Origin: an uncultured virus (IMG/VR IMGVR_UViG_2061766007_000025)
Taxonomy: Duplodnaviria; Heunggongvirae; Uroviricota; Caudoviricetes
DNA: 64,000 nt
Reading direction: 5' to 3' (one strand)
Virus record (IMG/VR): IMGVR_UViG_2061766007_000025
Part shown: positions 29,081 to 37,910 of the stretch, piece by piece
How the letters are laid out: every line of letters begins with the position of its first letter
How positions within the stretch are numbered: the first letter of the stretch is position 1
Notes under the pieces: model-generated
What the model saw: the letters and a program-made list of their open reading frames with translations, nothing else
What the model was told of the DNA's origin: nothing
The model's database searches: none
Translations under genes and position numbers: made by a program

Positions 29081-30196
29081 TTACAAAGCATTATCAGGCA
29101 TGACGTTTACGCTTTGACTTAAACTATTCGTTAAAATAACATTCTTCGAATAGTCATTTCCACTACCATCTAATGCTTTTGATACGCCACTTATAAATGT
29201 ATATGGTCTATTACTATTTCCTAAGTCAGTATATGGGACAGTTATAGTAGTTTGCCCTGTAGTATTACTTCCGGTAAAGTTACAGCTTCCCACTGTAGTA
29301 TTATCAGCATTCTTTATAGTAATAATATCTCCTGCTGCTCCTTCTAAATTAAGAGTTATTGTTACTTCACTTGCTATTGATAAACTATAATTAGTTCCTA
29401 AACTTACTACCTGTTCATTACTACTAAAATATGTTGAGCTTGTTTTCTTACATATAGCATGATATGTACCAGCATTATATACTTTAAACAATACTCCTAC
29501 ACTACTAGTTCCTGCTTCTGGTGTGCTCGGAAATGTTCCTGTTTGACCATCACTTAATACTACCGGCTTTCCATATAATGTAGAATCTCCTGTATATACT
29601 GTAAGAGCAGAATATGGAATAGTTACACTAGTAGTTGTAGTTCCACTAGCAGATACATTTACTGTAGTAGTATATAAGAATCCTTCTATATGAAGGCTAT
29701 AAGTACCTGATGATAAAGTATATACTGTAGCTTCATTGTTGTTATTAAATACTGATGAAGATATTTCACCATTTTGAATGAGACTAACCATCTTACCAGA
29801 TACATCTGTAGTATTTGCTACGGTAATTTTTACTGTACCTACTACTTCTTCTCCAGATGTTTTTAATCTATGCTCTACATCTAATGAATCTTTTATATAA
29901 ATGAAAGTTCCATCAAATCTAAATCCATGAACACCATTTTGAGACATTACTAACTGAGTAGGATGTACACCAGTATCAGCATTAATATTAATATTACCAT
30001 TCTCGTCTGGCTCTGTTGAGTTTACAGTTAATATTCCAGTATTTATAGTAATATTACCATTAGCATCAGGTGTTTGATTATTAACCTTAGAAATAGATTT
30101 AATACCTACCTTATCTGCAATATCTTCAAGATGCCCATTAAGTGTATCTATTTGAGAAGCACTAATTAAAGCATTTGCTACTGTCTGAGCACTCAT
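29081..30196 (-). CDS. Tail/adhesin paralogue lacking the C-terminal domain
   Basis: Co-linear with 31091-32623 (GVHPTQ, LEGA..D.ITIKNADNTT, DLGN.NR.Y.F, DYSKN) but stops at VMPDNAL. Confidence 0.75.
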   Translation of the reverse strand: MSAQTVANALISASQIDTLNGHLEDIADKVGIKSISKVNNQTPDANGNITINTGILTVNSTEPDENGNININADTGVHPTQLVMSQNGVHGFRFDGTFIYIKDSLDVEHRLKTSGEEVVGTVKITVANTTDVSGKMVSLIQNGEISSSVFNNNNEATVYTLSSGTYSLHIEGFLYTTTVNVSASGTTTTSVTIPYSALTVYTGDSTLYGKPVVLSDGQTGTFPSTPEAGTSSVGVLFKVYNAGTYHAICKKTSSTYFSSNEQVVSLGTNYSLSIASEVTITLNLEGAAGDIITIKNADNTTVGSCNFTGSNTTGQTTITVPYTDLGNSNRPYTFISGVSKALDGSGNDYSKNVILTNSLSQSVNVMPDNAL

Positions 30197-30244
30197 AAAT
30201 TTTACCTCCTAAAAGTATTATAAATTTTATATATAGAAATATTA

Positions 30245-30571
30245 CTACCAAAGATCTTTAGTAATAAGAAAGTTATTATTATCTGATAATTCTCTTTCCT
30301 CTATAATACGTCTAGGAAGTTGTCCACACTCCTTAGCATGGTTATAAGCTTCTTGTCGAGAAAGAAAATTATTTTTAGTATCTATAAATCCTTTAGATAC
30401 TAAAACAAAATCTATATCAGGTTTTAACCCAATAGATAAAAGTTGTTTAAAACATTCATCATGATTAATTCCACACAGAACAACTTCATTTTGTGTAGAA
30501 TTGATAATAAACTTACTAGCAGCTGCCAAAATCATAAAAAATAAACCTCCATATAAAATTATGTATAACAA
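30245..30571 (-). CDS. Conserved phage hypothetical protein
   Basis: GFID...FLSRQEA..HA..CGQ...DLW pattern. Confidence 0.65.
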   Translation of the reverse strand: MLYIILYGGLFFMILAAASKFIINSTQNEVVLCGINHDECFKQLLSIGLKPDIDFVLVSKGFIDTKNNFLSRQEAYNHAKECGQLPRRIIEERELSDNNNFLITKDLW

Positions 30572-30608
30572 TTAAGACAACTGAATATAAATACAAAAAT
30601 ACTTAGTT

Positions 30609-30654
30609 AAATATCACTTTAACTAATAATTTGGCAGAAGTTAAAGTGATGCCA
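30609..30654 (+). repeat. Left inverted repeat / putative recombination site
   Basis: 43/46 identical to reverse complement of 31547-31592; internal arms ATCACTTTAACT/AGTTAAAGTGAT. Confidence 0.85.
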
Positions 30655-31089
30655 GCCCTTGCAATATATTGGTATGGTAATAAATGTATAAGTTTATCTG
30701 GTTGGTGGACTGCATATAATAACAATTATGACTTGCAGCATACGACCGGCTGAAGATACTTATCATGGGGTAATGGATTTATAACAGGTGCATTAACATT
30801 TGATAGAACTAATAAAGTTGCAAAAGTAAGATATACTTCATCAAGTTATAGAACTGATAGACCATATATTGGGAACGATGTTGTTGGCACAAAATCATTA
30901 GCAATATATACGGTATCATACCATATTTTTTATGACAATATGACATCTATATCAGCATATGAATCAAATACTACTTTAGATCATAGATATAATATAAAAA
31001 ATAAAAATAGTTTATATGCTGGATTAGTTTGGCAAGCAAATTCTAATTATTATGATAATATTACATTATATGTATTTTGGTTTGAATAA
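30610..31089 (+). pseudogene. Silent alternative C-terminal cassette for the 31091-32623 protein
   Basis: Reads NITLTNNLAEVKVMPALAIYWYGN...YVFWFE*, mirroring ...VKVMP...NWYGN...YAMWLE*; no own RBS; one in-frame TGA at 30751. Confidence 0.75.
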
Positions 31090-31090
31090 A

Positions 31091-32623
31091 TTATTCGAGC
31101 CACATAGCATACAAATAACCGCTTCTCGTTCCAGATGAAAGTATTCGGATATAAATAGTTGAACTAATAGAGGATACATCTGTATCAAATTTAGATACAG
31201 TTGCACTAGCAAGCTCTGTTGCAAATACCACGTCAACGCCATTGATTGTAATAGTCTTTGAAGGTGCTCCTGTCAATATTAGTGGATACTGACCTGTATA
31301 TTTTGAAAATGCCACTATTTTGCTGATATTTAACATATTAATTGCTGAATTGATTGCAATAGCATTAACATCTTCGTAGGTTGTTCCAACTAAAGGTAAG
31401 TATATACCGCCACTAATGTACTGTATGTTCGAATTCCAAGTCCTAACATAGTCGCTACTCCAACCATTACTTGGATTAACAACTTCATATCCATGTGGAA
31501 AATTACCATACCAATTAAATAAGTATTTAATGTCCCCACCCTCAGTTGGCATCACTTTAACTTCACTCAAATTATTAGTTAAAGTGATATTTTTCGAATA
31601 GTCTGTAGTTCCTGTTGTAGTATCTTTTGCTACGGCACTTGAAAATTTGTATTGTCTATTAGCATTTCCTAAATCGCTATATGGAATTCCTGTTAATGTA
31701 ACGCTCTTACTTGTAGCACCTGTATCAAATACTACTGTGCTTATAGTTGTATTATCTGCATTTTTTATTGTTATAGTATCTTCTTTAGCACCTTCTAGTG
31801 TGAATGTTAAAGTTGCTGTACTATAAATAGTAGCACTATAACTATTATCTAATGCATTCACTGCTATACTTCCACTACTATATCCATTACATGTGGCACT
31901 ATATATACCAGTACTAAATACTGTAAATACTGCAGCTTCTCCACTACTACCAAAAGTAGATGTTTGGCTATCACTTAATGTAACAGTTTTGCCATATAAT
32001 GATTCTCCTACAGGAGTAATAGTAATGGTAGCACGTGGTATATGAAGATTAATATTAGTAGTTGTATTGGCAACTACAGTAATAGATCGAGATATATTTA
32101 ATGCAGATACTGCTAGAGTGTATGTACCATATCCTACCGTATCTACAGTTGCTACACCAGAAGAATTAAAAGTACTTGTTCTAACTTCTGTTCCCTGAGT
32201 TAATGTAACAATTTTATCTTTAGCCATACTAGGATAATCAGCAGTTACTACTACGTGACCTGCATATTCTACAGGTTCTGTTTCTACTTCATATAAATTG
32301 CCACTAGCATCTTTAAAATATAATATACTATTATCAAATCTTACTCCATGAGTTTCTTCATCATTTTCATATATTATCTGAGTAGGATGTACCCCTATAT
32401 CAGCCGGATTAGTAAGAGTATAATTACCATCTACAGGTGCAGTACCATTAATAGTTAATACACCAGTATCTATTATTACTTTACCATTATTATTAGCAGT
32501 AATATTATTTATACTAAGAACCTTACCATTAAGATTATTAGATATATCATTTAGATTCGAATTAAGTGTTCCTATTTGAGTACCATTAGGTAATACTCTA
32601 GAAACTGATACGGGATCACTCAT
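31091..32623 (-). CDS. Tail fibre/adhesin-like protein with Ig-like repeats
   Basis: T/S/V/N-rich beta-sandwich-like repeats, GGAGG RBS, AACA-N6-TA at 32661-32672. Confidence 0.75.
   Translation of the reverse strand: MSDPVSVSRVLPNGTQIGTLNSNLNDISNNLNGKVLSINNITANNNGKVIIDTGVLTINGTAPVDGNYTLTNPADIGVHPTQIIYENDEETHGVRFDNSILYFKDASGNLYEVETEPVEYAGHVVVTADYPSMAKDKIVTLTQGTEVRTSTFNSSGVATVDTVGYGTYTLAVSALNISRSITVVANTTTNINLHIPRATITITPVGESLYGKTVTLSDSQTSTFGSSGEAAVFTVFSTGIYSATCNGYSSGSIAVNALDNSYSATIYSTATLTFTLEGAKEDTITIKNADNTTISTVVFDTGATSKSVTLTGIPYSDLGNANRQYKFSSAVAKDTTTGTTDYSKNITLTNNLSEVKVMPTEGGDIKYLFNWYGNFPHGYEVVNPSNGWSSDYVRTWNSNIQYISGGIYLPLVGTTYEDVNAIAINSAINMLNISKIVAFSKYTGQYPLILTGAPSKTITINGVDVVFATELASATVSKFDTDVSSISSTIYIRILSSGTRSGYLYAMWLE
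31547..31592 (-). repeat. Right inverted repeat / putative recombination site (inside CDS)
   Basis: Inverted partner of 30609-30654, encodes NITLTNNLSEVKVMP. Confidence 0.85.
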
Positions 32624-32741
32624 AATAAATCCTCCTTAAACATAGTATAAACAGCTATTTTATATATATGTTTTTTAATACGAATCTAACAAAAAATAAA
32701 CACCGGTATGGATTTCTCCATACCGGCATTCATATCATTGT

Positions 32742-33740
32742 TTATTCAACAATGATACCTGTACACTCTTTAAATATCTCTGGATCGAAATTAGGAATGG
32801 ATTTAATTTCATTCTTATATCCTTTTGGAAGTTCATCCCACCACTTCTGTCTGTCTCTATCTGTAACTATATGCTCATGTAAAAACCCACCTATAGTTTT
32901 ATACTCTGGATGATCATTTTTATCTTTTTCAGTCATCCAGGATTCATATATAAATTCTGATCGTGAGTATGGACATGAATTTAATATTCTATATGCTTTA
33001 CTATTTCTCCAATCAGAAAAAGTCCAATCACTATCTTTATCAAAAAGCTTTATTGTAGGATCTTTTTCCATACAGAAACAGCCAACACTATGATTTCCAG
33101 TATTCCAATCGCCTGAGTTAAAATCTCCAGTATTGTGCTTACCAGTATTCCAATCTCCAGAATTATAATCACCTGCATTTGAATCTCCAGAATTAAAACT
33201 ACCAGAGTTACCAGAGCCTATGTTACAGAATCTACTATTATCAGATCCAATATTATAGCTACCAGTATTACAATCACCTGAATTTTTATCTCCAGAATTA
33301 TAATCACCAGAGTTATTATTACCAGTATTCCAATCGCCCGAGTTAAAATCTCCAGCATTGCCCTTACCAGTATTCAAATCTCCAGAATTATATTTTCCAG
33401 AATTGCAATATCCTGATGATGAATTATTAATATTTCCTTTACGCTTCCATTCTTCTGTAACTTCGGCAACAATCCTTATCTTGTTAGTAACATATTTGAT
33501 ATTATCATCTGTTTTAATCTCTCCAAGGGCTTCAACTTCACATATTCTTGTATCTGCAGACTTACTATAGTAAATATAGCAATCAGCTATACTTTTACAG
33601 AAATGAAATCCACTTTTGCAAGGTTTTATTTCCCCTTCATGTGTATACGTCTTTCCGATTTCATACTGAAAGTTATTATAACATGTTAAATCTGGATAGA
33701 AAGCTTTATAGCCGGTTAACGGGTGTTTTATTTCTTTCAT
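32742..33740 (-). CDS. Pentapeptide (NSGDx/NTGxx) repeat protein
   Basis: N-terminal YKAF...FQYEIGKTY...GFHFC domain followed by many NSGDW/NTGDF repeats. Confidence 0.8.
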   Translation of the reverse strand: MKEIKHPLTGYKAFYPDLTCYNNFQYEIGKTYTHEGEIKPCKSGFHFCKSIADCYIYYSKSADTRICEVEALGEIKTDDNIKYVTNKIRIVAEVTEEWKRKGNINNSSSGYCNSGKYNSGDLNTGKGNAGDFNSGDWNTGNNNSGDYNSGDKNSGDCNTGSYNIGSDNSRFCNIGSGNSGSFNSGDSNAGDYNSGDWNTGKHNTGDFNSGDWNTGNHSVGCFCMEKDPTIKLFDKDSDWTFSDWRNSKAYRILNSCPYSRSEFIYESWMTEKDKNDHPEYKTIGGFLHEHIVTDRDRQKWWDELPKGYKNEIKSIPNFDPEIFKECTGIIVE

Positions 33741-33761
33741 TAGAAATTACTCCTTTACACA

Positions 33762-34613
33762 TTATTCATTTTCTATAACATATTTGAAAGCTTCATAGTT
33801 CTTATTATGAAAGCTATTTGGTACTGCATATATCTGATCTATTCCACTGCCTTTAAATATTTCTTTAAAGAGTCTTGCTACTTCTATAGGATCTTGTTTA
33901 AATACGCCACAACCCCAAGCTCCCAATATAGCAAGATCTACTTTCTTATATATCATTATATCTTTTATGAAACGTATACGTCTTTCAAGATGGAAGCTAT
34001 TATAATTTTTCACAAAATCATCTTCTATAATACCATTCTTTATGTTATATTCTATAGCATTTATGTTAGGAGCAGCTATTGTAAGAACATCTGCCATCTT
34101 AGTCATAAAATTCTGAGGATTTATATCTAACTGATCTTGCCATGTAGTTGCATTACGTAAACTTTCTGCATCATTCTTATTTACAAATAATACATTCTTG
34201 CAATATAATGCTTTATCTCTATATAATCCAAATGCCTTATCTTTCCTATTATAGACATAATAGGTATCCTCTAAATTCTTAAGATACATATAGAGGTTAC
34301 TACTATGGCATAATGCTTCCTCCTGAGCCATAGAACCTTCTAAGAATTTTCCACCAGGATTTGTAAATGAAGCAAAATTAAGAACACATATCCTTCCAAG
34401 ATATGTTACATGTCGAAATAATTCTGTAACTGTATCATTTGCAGATAGTTCTATGTACTCATTATTTTTCTTTTTATAATAATTTGGAACAGTAAGTGAT
34501 TCACGATCGAAGTAATCAATTCCACCGATATTCGTATTCTTAGCCCAATCTAATATAACTTTAGCATGAGCTATATTATCTTCTCTATTTTTGAAATAAC
34601 TAAATTTTTCCAT
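33762..34613 (-). CDS. Bacterial-type PARG macrodomain (TIGR02452/DUF2263 family)
   Basis: VLNFAS..NPGGKF..GS.AQEEALC and LGAWGCGVF signatures. Confidence 0.9.
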   Translation of the reverse strand: MEKFSYFKNREDNIAHAKVILDWAKNTNIGGIDYFDRESLTVPNYYKKKNNEYIELSANDTVTELFRHVTYLGRICVLNFASFTNPGGKFLEGSMAQEEALCHSSNLYMYLKNLEDTYYVYNRKDKAFGLYRDKALYCKNVLFVNKNDAESLRNATTWQDQLDINPQNFMTKMADVLTIAAPNINAIEYNIKNGIIEDDFVKNYNSFHLERRIRFIKDIMIYKKVDLAILGAWGCGVFKQDPIEVARLFKEIFKGSGIDQIYAVPNSFHNKNYEAFKYVIENE

Positions 34614-34615
34614 TT

Positions 34616-34936
34616 CTATTCCTCCATATAATTTATTGTATCAGGAATACATTGAAATCCTGCACAATAAGGTCCATAATTGCTTTTATAACTACATATG
34701 CTGTACGTATTACTATAGCTAACATTAACACTGCCATTACTACTTACAGTCCTTATTAATGACTCTTTAGGTTGATCAAATTTACATTTAAAACAATTTC
34801 TTTTCGGAAGCTCATCATTATGAGGACATGTTTTTATATGATTTACAACTTCCTCTCTATCTATGCTCCAATATCTACCATCGCAATATGGACATACATA
34901 ACGTACATCTTTTATAGGTTCTTTCATATTAACCAT
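34616..34936 (-). CDS. Small Cys-rich protein
   Basis: CPYC...H...C and CFKC motifs. Confidence 0.6.
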   Translation of the reverse strand: MVNMKEPIKDVRYVCPYCDGRYWSIDREEVVNHIKTCPHNDELPKRNCFKCKFDQPKESLIRTVSSNGSVNVSYSNTYSICSYKSNYGPYCAGFQCIPDTINYMEE

Positions 34937-35226
34937 CCTCTTTTTGTAATAGCTTTGTTATAAAGTGTCTTATTTCTCCAACCACCATGATTATGAGCAT
35001 TGATGATCTTATAGTTATGAATTGCAGAAGCACATCCGGTGCATATGTATGCACCGGATTTAATATTACTTCTATCTTTATTATCTAACTCACCATCACA
35101 TATAAGGCATCTTGATGGTATTTCCATCATAGGTGTAATTGAAATCCTTGGTTCTATTTTATTTAGCTTCATTGTCTGTATCGTTTCCATCAGTTTGCTC
35201 TTCTCCTTTAGTAGATTCTGCATCAT
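34924..35226 (-). CDS. Small Zn-ribbon protein
   Basis: CLIC...CTGC. Confidence 0.55.
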   Translation of the reverse strand: MMQNLLKEKSKLMETIQTMKLNKIEPRISITPMMEIPSRCLICDGELDNKDRSNIKSGAYICTGCASAIHNYKIINAHNHGGWRNKTLYNKAITKRGWLI

Positions 35227-36097
35227 CTTTTATACAATCAGCAATATAATAATATTTATCGTTATCTTCCATTTTAAAATATGAAGATTCTACTACACAG
35301 CTATAGTATTTAAACTCACCATACTTTTCTTTTCTAAACCATCTATAATACCATTTAAAGATATCTTCATCCGATGTAACTTTCTTAAATGTAGGAATAA
35401 CCTTATATAAATAATCAGTACTCCACCCAGGATTCTCTTTTTCAAAATCTTCTAATTTTATACTTAGTATATTCTTATCTCTTTTAGCAAAAAATAATTT
35501 AAACTTTGTATAATTATAGAAGAATATTCTCTTTATATTCTTATCAAGTTCCCTGATTTTTACACCATAATGACATTTAAGGAATGGTAATATAAATGAT
35601 TCTTCATGAAATCCAGCATTATTACCACAATATTCATCATAGCACATTAATGGATGTCTCTTTATCATTTTAAGCATACTTTCTAAACTATAATAGAAAT
35701 TTTCTTCAATTATTTCATCTCTACTAATAGATACACACATTGCAGATCTACTAGGTTTAAATTTATCAATCCAATCATCATGTTGACAGAATACACTTAC
35801 TACCTTATCTAAATCACTTGGAGGGAATTCTTTCTTTTCTTCTTCTATAGGCTGCTTCATATGACTATTTTTGATCCACATTCCAAACTTAAAGCCCTTC
35901 CAAACACCTTTAAGTCTAAAATGTACTATAGAATCTTCATCAAATTCTATTATGAAATAGCTATTACCATATTCAATATTATATGGCTCAAATCCATATG
36001 ATCTTATATTATTAAAAATAATTTCTGCTATTTGTCTATTTGTTATATTTTCAATGTCTATATCTGTATTTTCTATCTTGATATTTTTCGCTTTCAT
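35159..36097 (-). CDS. Hypothetical protein
   Basis: 312 aa, GGAGG RBS. Confidence 0.7.
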   Translation of the reverse strand: MKAKNIKIENTDIDIENITNRQIAEIIFNNIRSYGFEPYNIEYGNSYFIIEFDEDSIVHFRLKGVWKGFKFGMWIKNSHMKQPIEEEKKEFPPSDLDKVVSVFCQHDDWIDKFKPSRSAMCVSISRDEIIEENFYYSLESMLKMIKRHPLMCYDEYCGNNAGFHEESFILPFLKCHYGVKIRELDKNIKRIFFYNYTKFKLFFAKRDKNILSIKLEDFEKENPGWSTDYLYKVIPTFKKVTSDEDIFKWYYRWFRKEKYGEFKYYSCVVESSYFKMEDNDKYYYIADCIKDDAESTKGEEQTDGNDTDNEAK

Positions 36098-36169
36098 AAC
36101 TAGCCTCCATTATACTAACTTCTTTCAAAAAATATGAGGTAGAGCAATAAACTCTACCTCATTATTTTA

Positions 36170-36487
36170 TTATTCTTCACCATCAACAAACAAATCTACT
36201 AATGATCTACCATCATCTGTATGGCAAACCTCATATCCATAAACTAGTATATCCTCTTTATAGTTATCTCCATCAAGTGTATCTAACTTATTACCTTTCC
36301 AAGAGAATACACCACAGAAACCTACAATATCTTTATAGCCATTAAAATCAAATACTTCTAATGAACGTAATTGAACAATATCAAAATCTTGATCTTTAAA
36401 TAGCTTATTAAAAGGTTTAGGCTCATCTAAGATAGTATAACTATCATATGAATCATCTCTTTTTAAAATCTCTTCTCATTCTTTCAT
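36170..36487 (-). pseudogene. 105-codon ORF with an in-frame TGA at codon 4
   Basis: GGAGG RBS, ATG AAA GAA TGA GAA..., then open to TAA at 36170; hairpin follows. Confidence 0.55.
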
Positions 36488-37415
36488 TTCATTACCTCCA
36501 TCAATATTATTTCATAAACTCATATTAATTTTTATAATTCTTTGTGTATACTCATCCAAGCATATGTATAAAGAATTTTCATCTAATTCGTACCAAATTT
36601 CACCCTTTTTATATTTAGGTTTTATTCCAATCTCTGATGGTATGTATGCATCTTTATATGGTTGCTCATATTGGTATGTATTTATACATTTTACATTATC
36701 TTTATATTTATACTCTTTTCAAATAGATTCAGTATACATACATATGATTTTTTATTTTCTTCCATTTTACAATATTTACAACTATTACAATTTTTCATAC
36801 ACATCATCCAATTCTATTCTATTAAGTCTTATTTAAAATAGCACTCTATAAACGTCCAGAAACTAAATCCCAATATTACTATTCCTATAGATATAAGTAT
36901 TATTATATTAATTAATACAAACCAAGCACACCAAGTTGGTAGATCCATATAGTTTAATTTAGTCATAAAAGACCATTTTTATTTTTTATAGTATCAAATT
37001 CTTTTTTGACTTCGAAGAAAAATAATGTCCATAGTACTGCAAGTACTATGGCTAATATGATAATCCATAAATACTTAAACATAGCTCTTCCTATTTTACA
37101 TAAAGTATTATAAGAATTAGAATACACTATGATACTCACTGCTTAGATATAATATCTACGTGCCACACCTAATTCATCCACACCTCTCATGGTATAGACC
37201 AATTCTTATAATATCTTTACCCGGTACTTTTCAGATAGACTCTTGTTTGCAGCAAGTAGTAACCGGTCTTCAATATAAGACCCTATCTAGTCAGTATAAT
37301 AATAATAGTTTATTGCCCATCTGCAAATGGAGCAACAAAAGTCGAATCATATCAGCCATCCGCCTATCCATGCTCATTTATCTAGAAAATGTCACATGTT
37401 AGATTCAACCAAAAT

Positions 37416-37500
37416 AACATATGATAGGAGTTACACCTATAATATTATTAATCTTGCGCTATAATTAATAATATCTAGAACATGATATTCTACATATGTT
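37416..37500 (-). ncRNA. Divergent tRNA-like RNA
   Basis: AACATATG/CATATGTT closing stem, TAGAA/TTCTA arm, long ATATTATTAAT stem, T arm ATAGG-TGTAACT-CCTAT. Confidence 0.5.
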
Positions 37501-37503
37501 TTT

Positions 37504-37681
37504 TAAATATAGGGTAAGGATTTGCACCTTACATGAGTAACATTAGTATCACCTAATGTGCTTTCAGTCAGCTGTACTCGTCGCACCCGCCTATAGGCTA
37601 TGCCAAACTGTGTCTACTGGTAACTTTAACTAAGTCACCACCGCCATCCCGTGGTCGTGTCTATTCCACCACCTATATTTA
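37504..37681 (-). ncRNA. tRNA-Leu-like RNA without anticodon arm, copy 2
   Basis: GTGGTGGAATA..GTAGACAC D arm with hairpin insert; ATGTAAGGTGCAAATCCTTAC T arm; TAAATATAGG/CCTATATTTA stem. Confidence 0.75.
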
Positions 37682-37684
37682 TTT

Positions 37685-37841
37685 TAATATGAGGTAAGGA
37701 TTTCCACCTTACATGACTTGCTTTTAGTATACTTTGCCCTAACAAGTCTAATAGTTACTCGGCTAACAGCGTCTACTGTAGTATCCCTCGTATACTACCA
37801 TGCCTAAACATTATCGCATGTATATTCCGCCACCCATATTA
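37685..37841 (-). ncRNA. tRNA-Leu-like RNA without anticodon arm, copy 3
   Basis: GTGGCGGAATA..GTAGACGC D arm with two-hairpin insert; ATGTAAGGTGGAAATCCTTAC. Confidence 0.75.
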
Positions 37842-37910
37842 TTTTTTATTATTTAAGTGTACTACTTCTTGTAAGTATTAAATAATTATTATTTTAATAC
37901 TACATCTTAC

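Noticed and set aside
27069..32623. Diversity-generating retroelement acting on tail genes
   Set aside because: No reverse transcriptase and no template/variable repeat pair differing only at adenines
37504..37841. CRISPR array suggested by repeated GGTAAGGATTTGCACCTTACATGA with variable intervening sequence
   Set aside because: At most two adjacent copies, ~155-180 nt period, a second conserved block (D arm) in each unit and no cas genes
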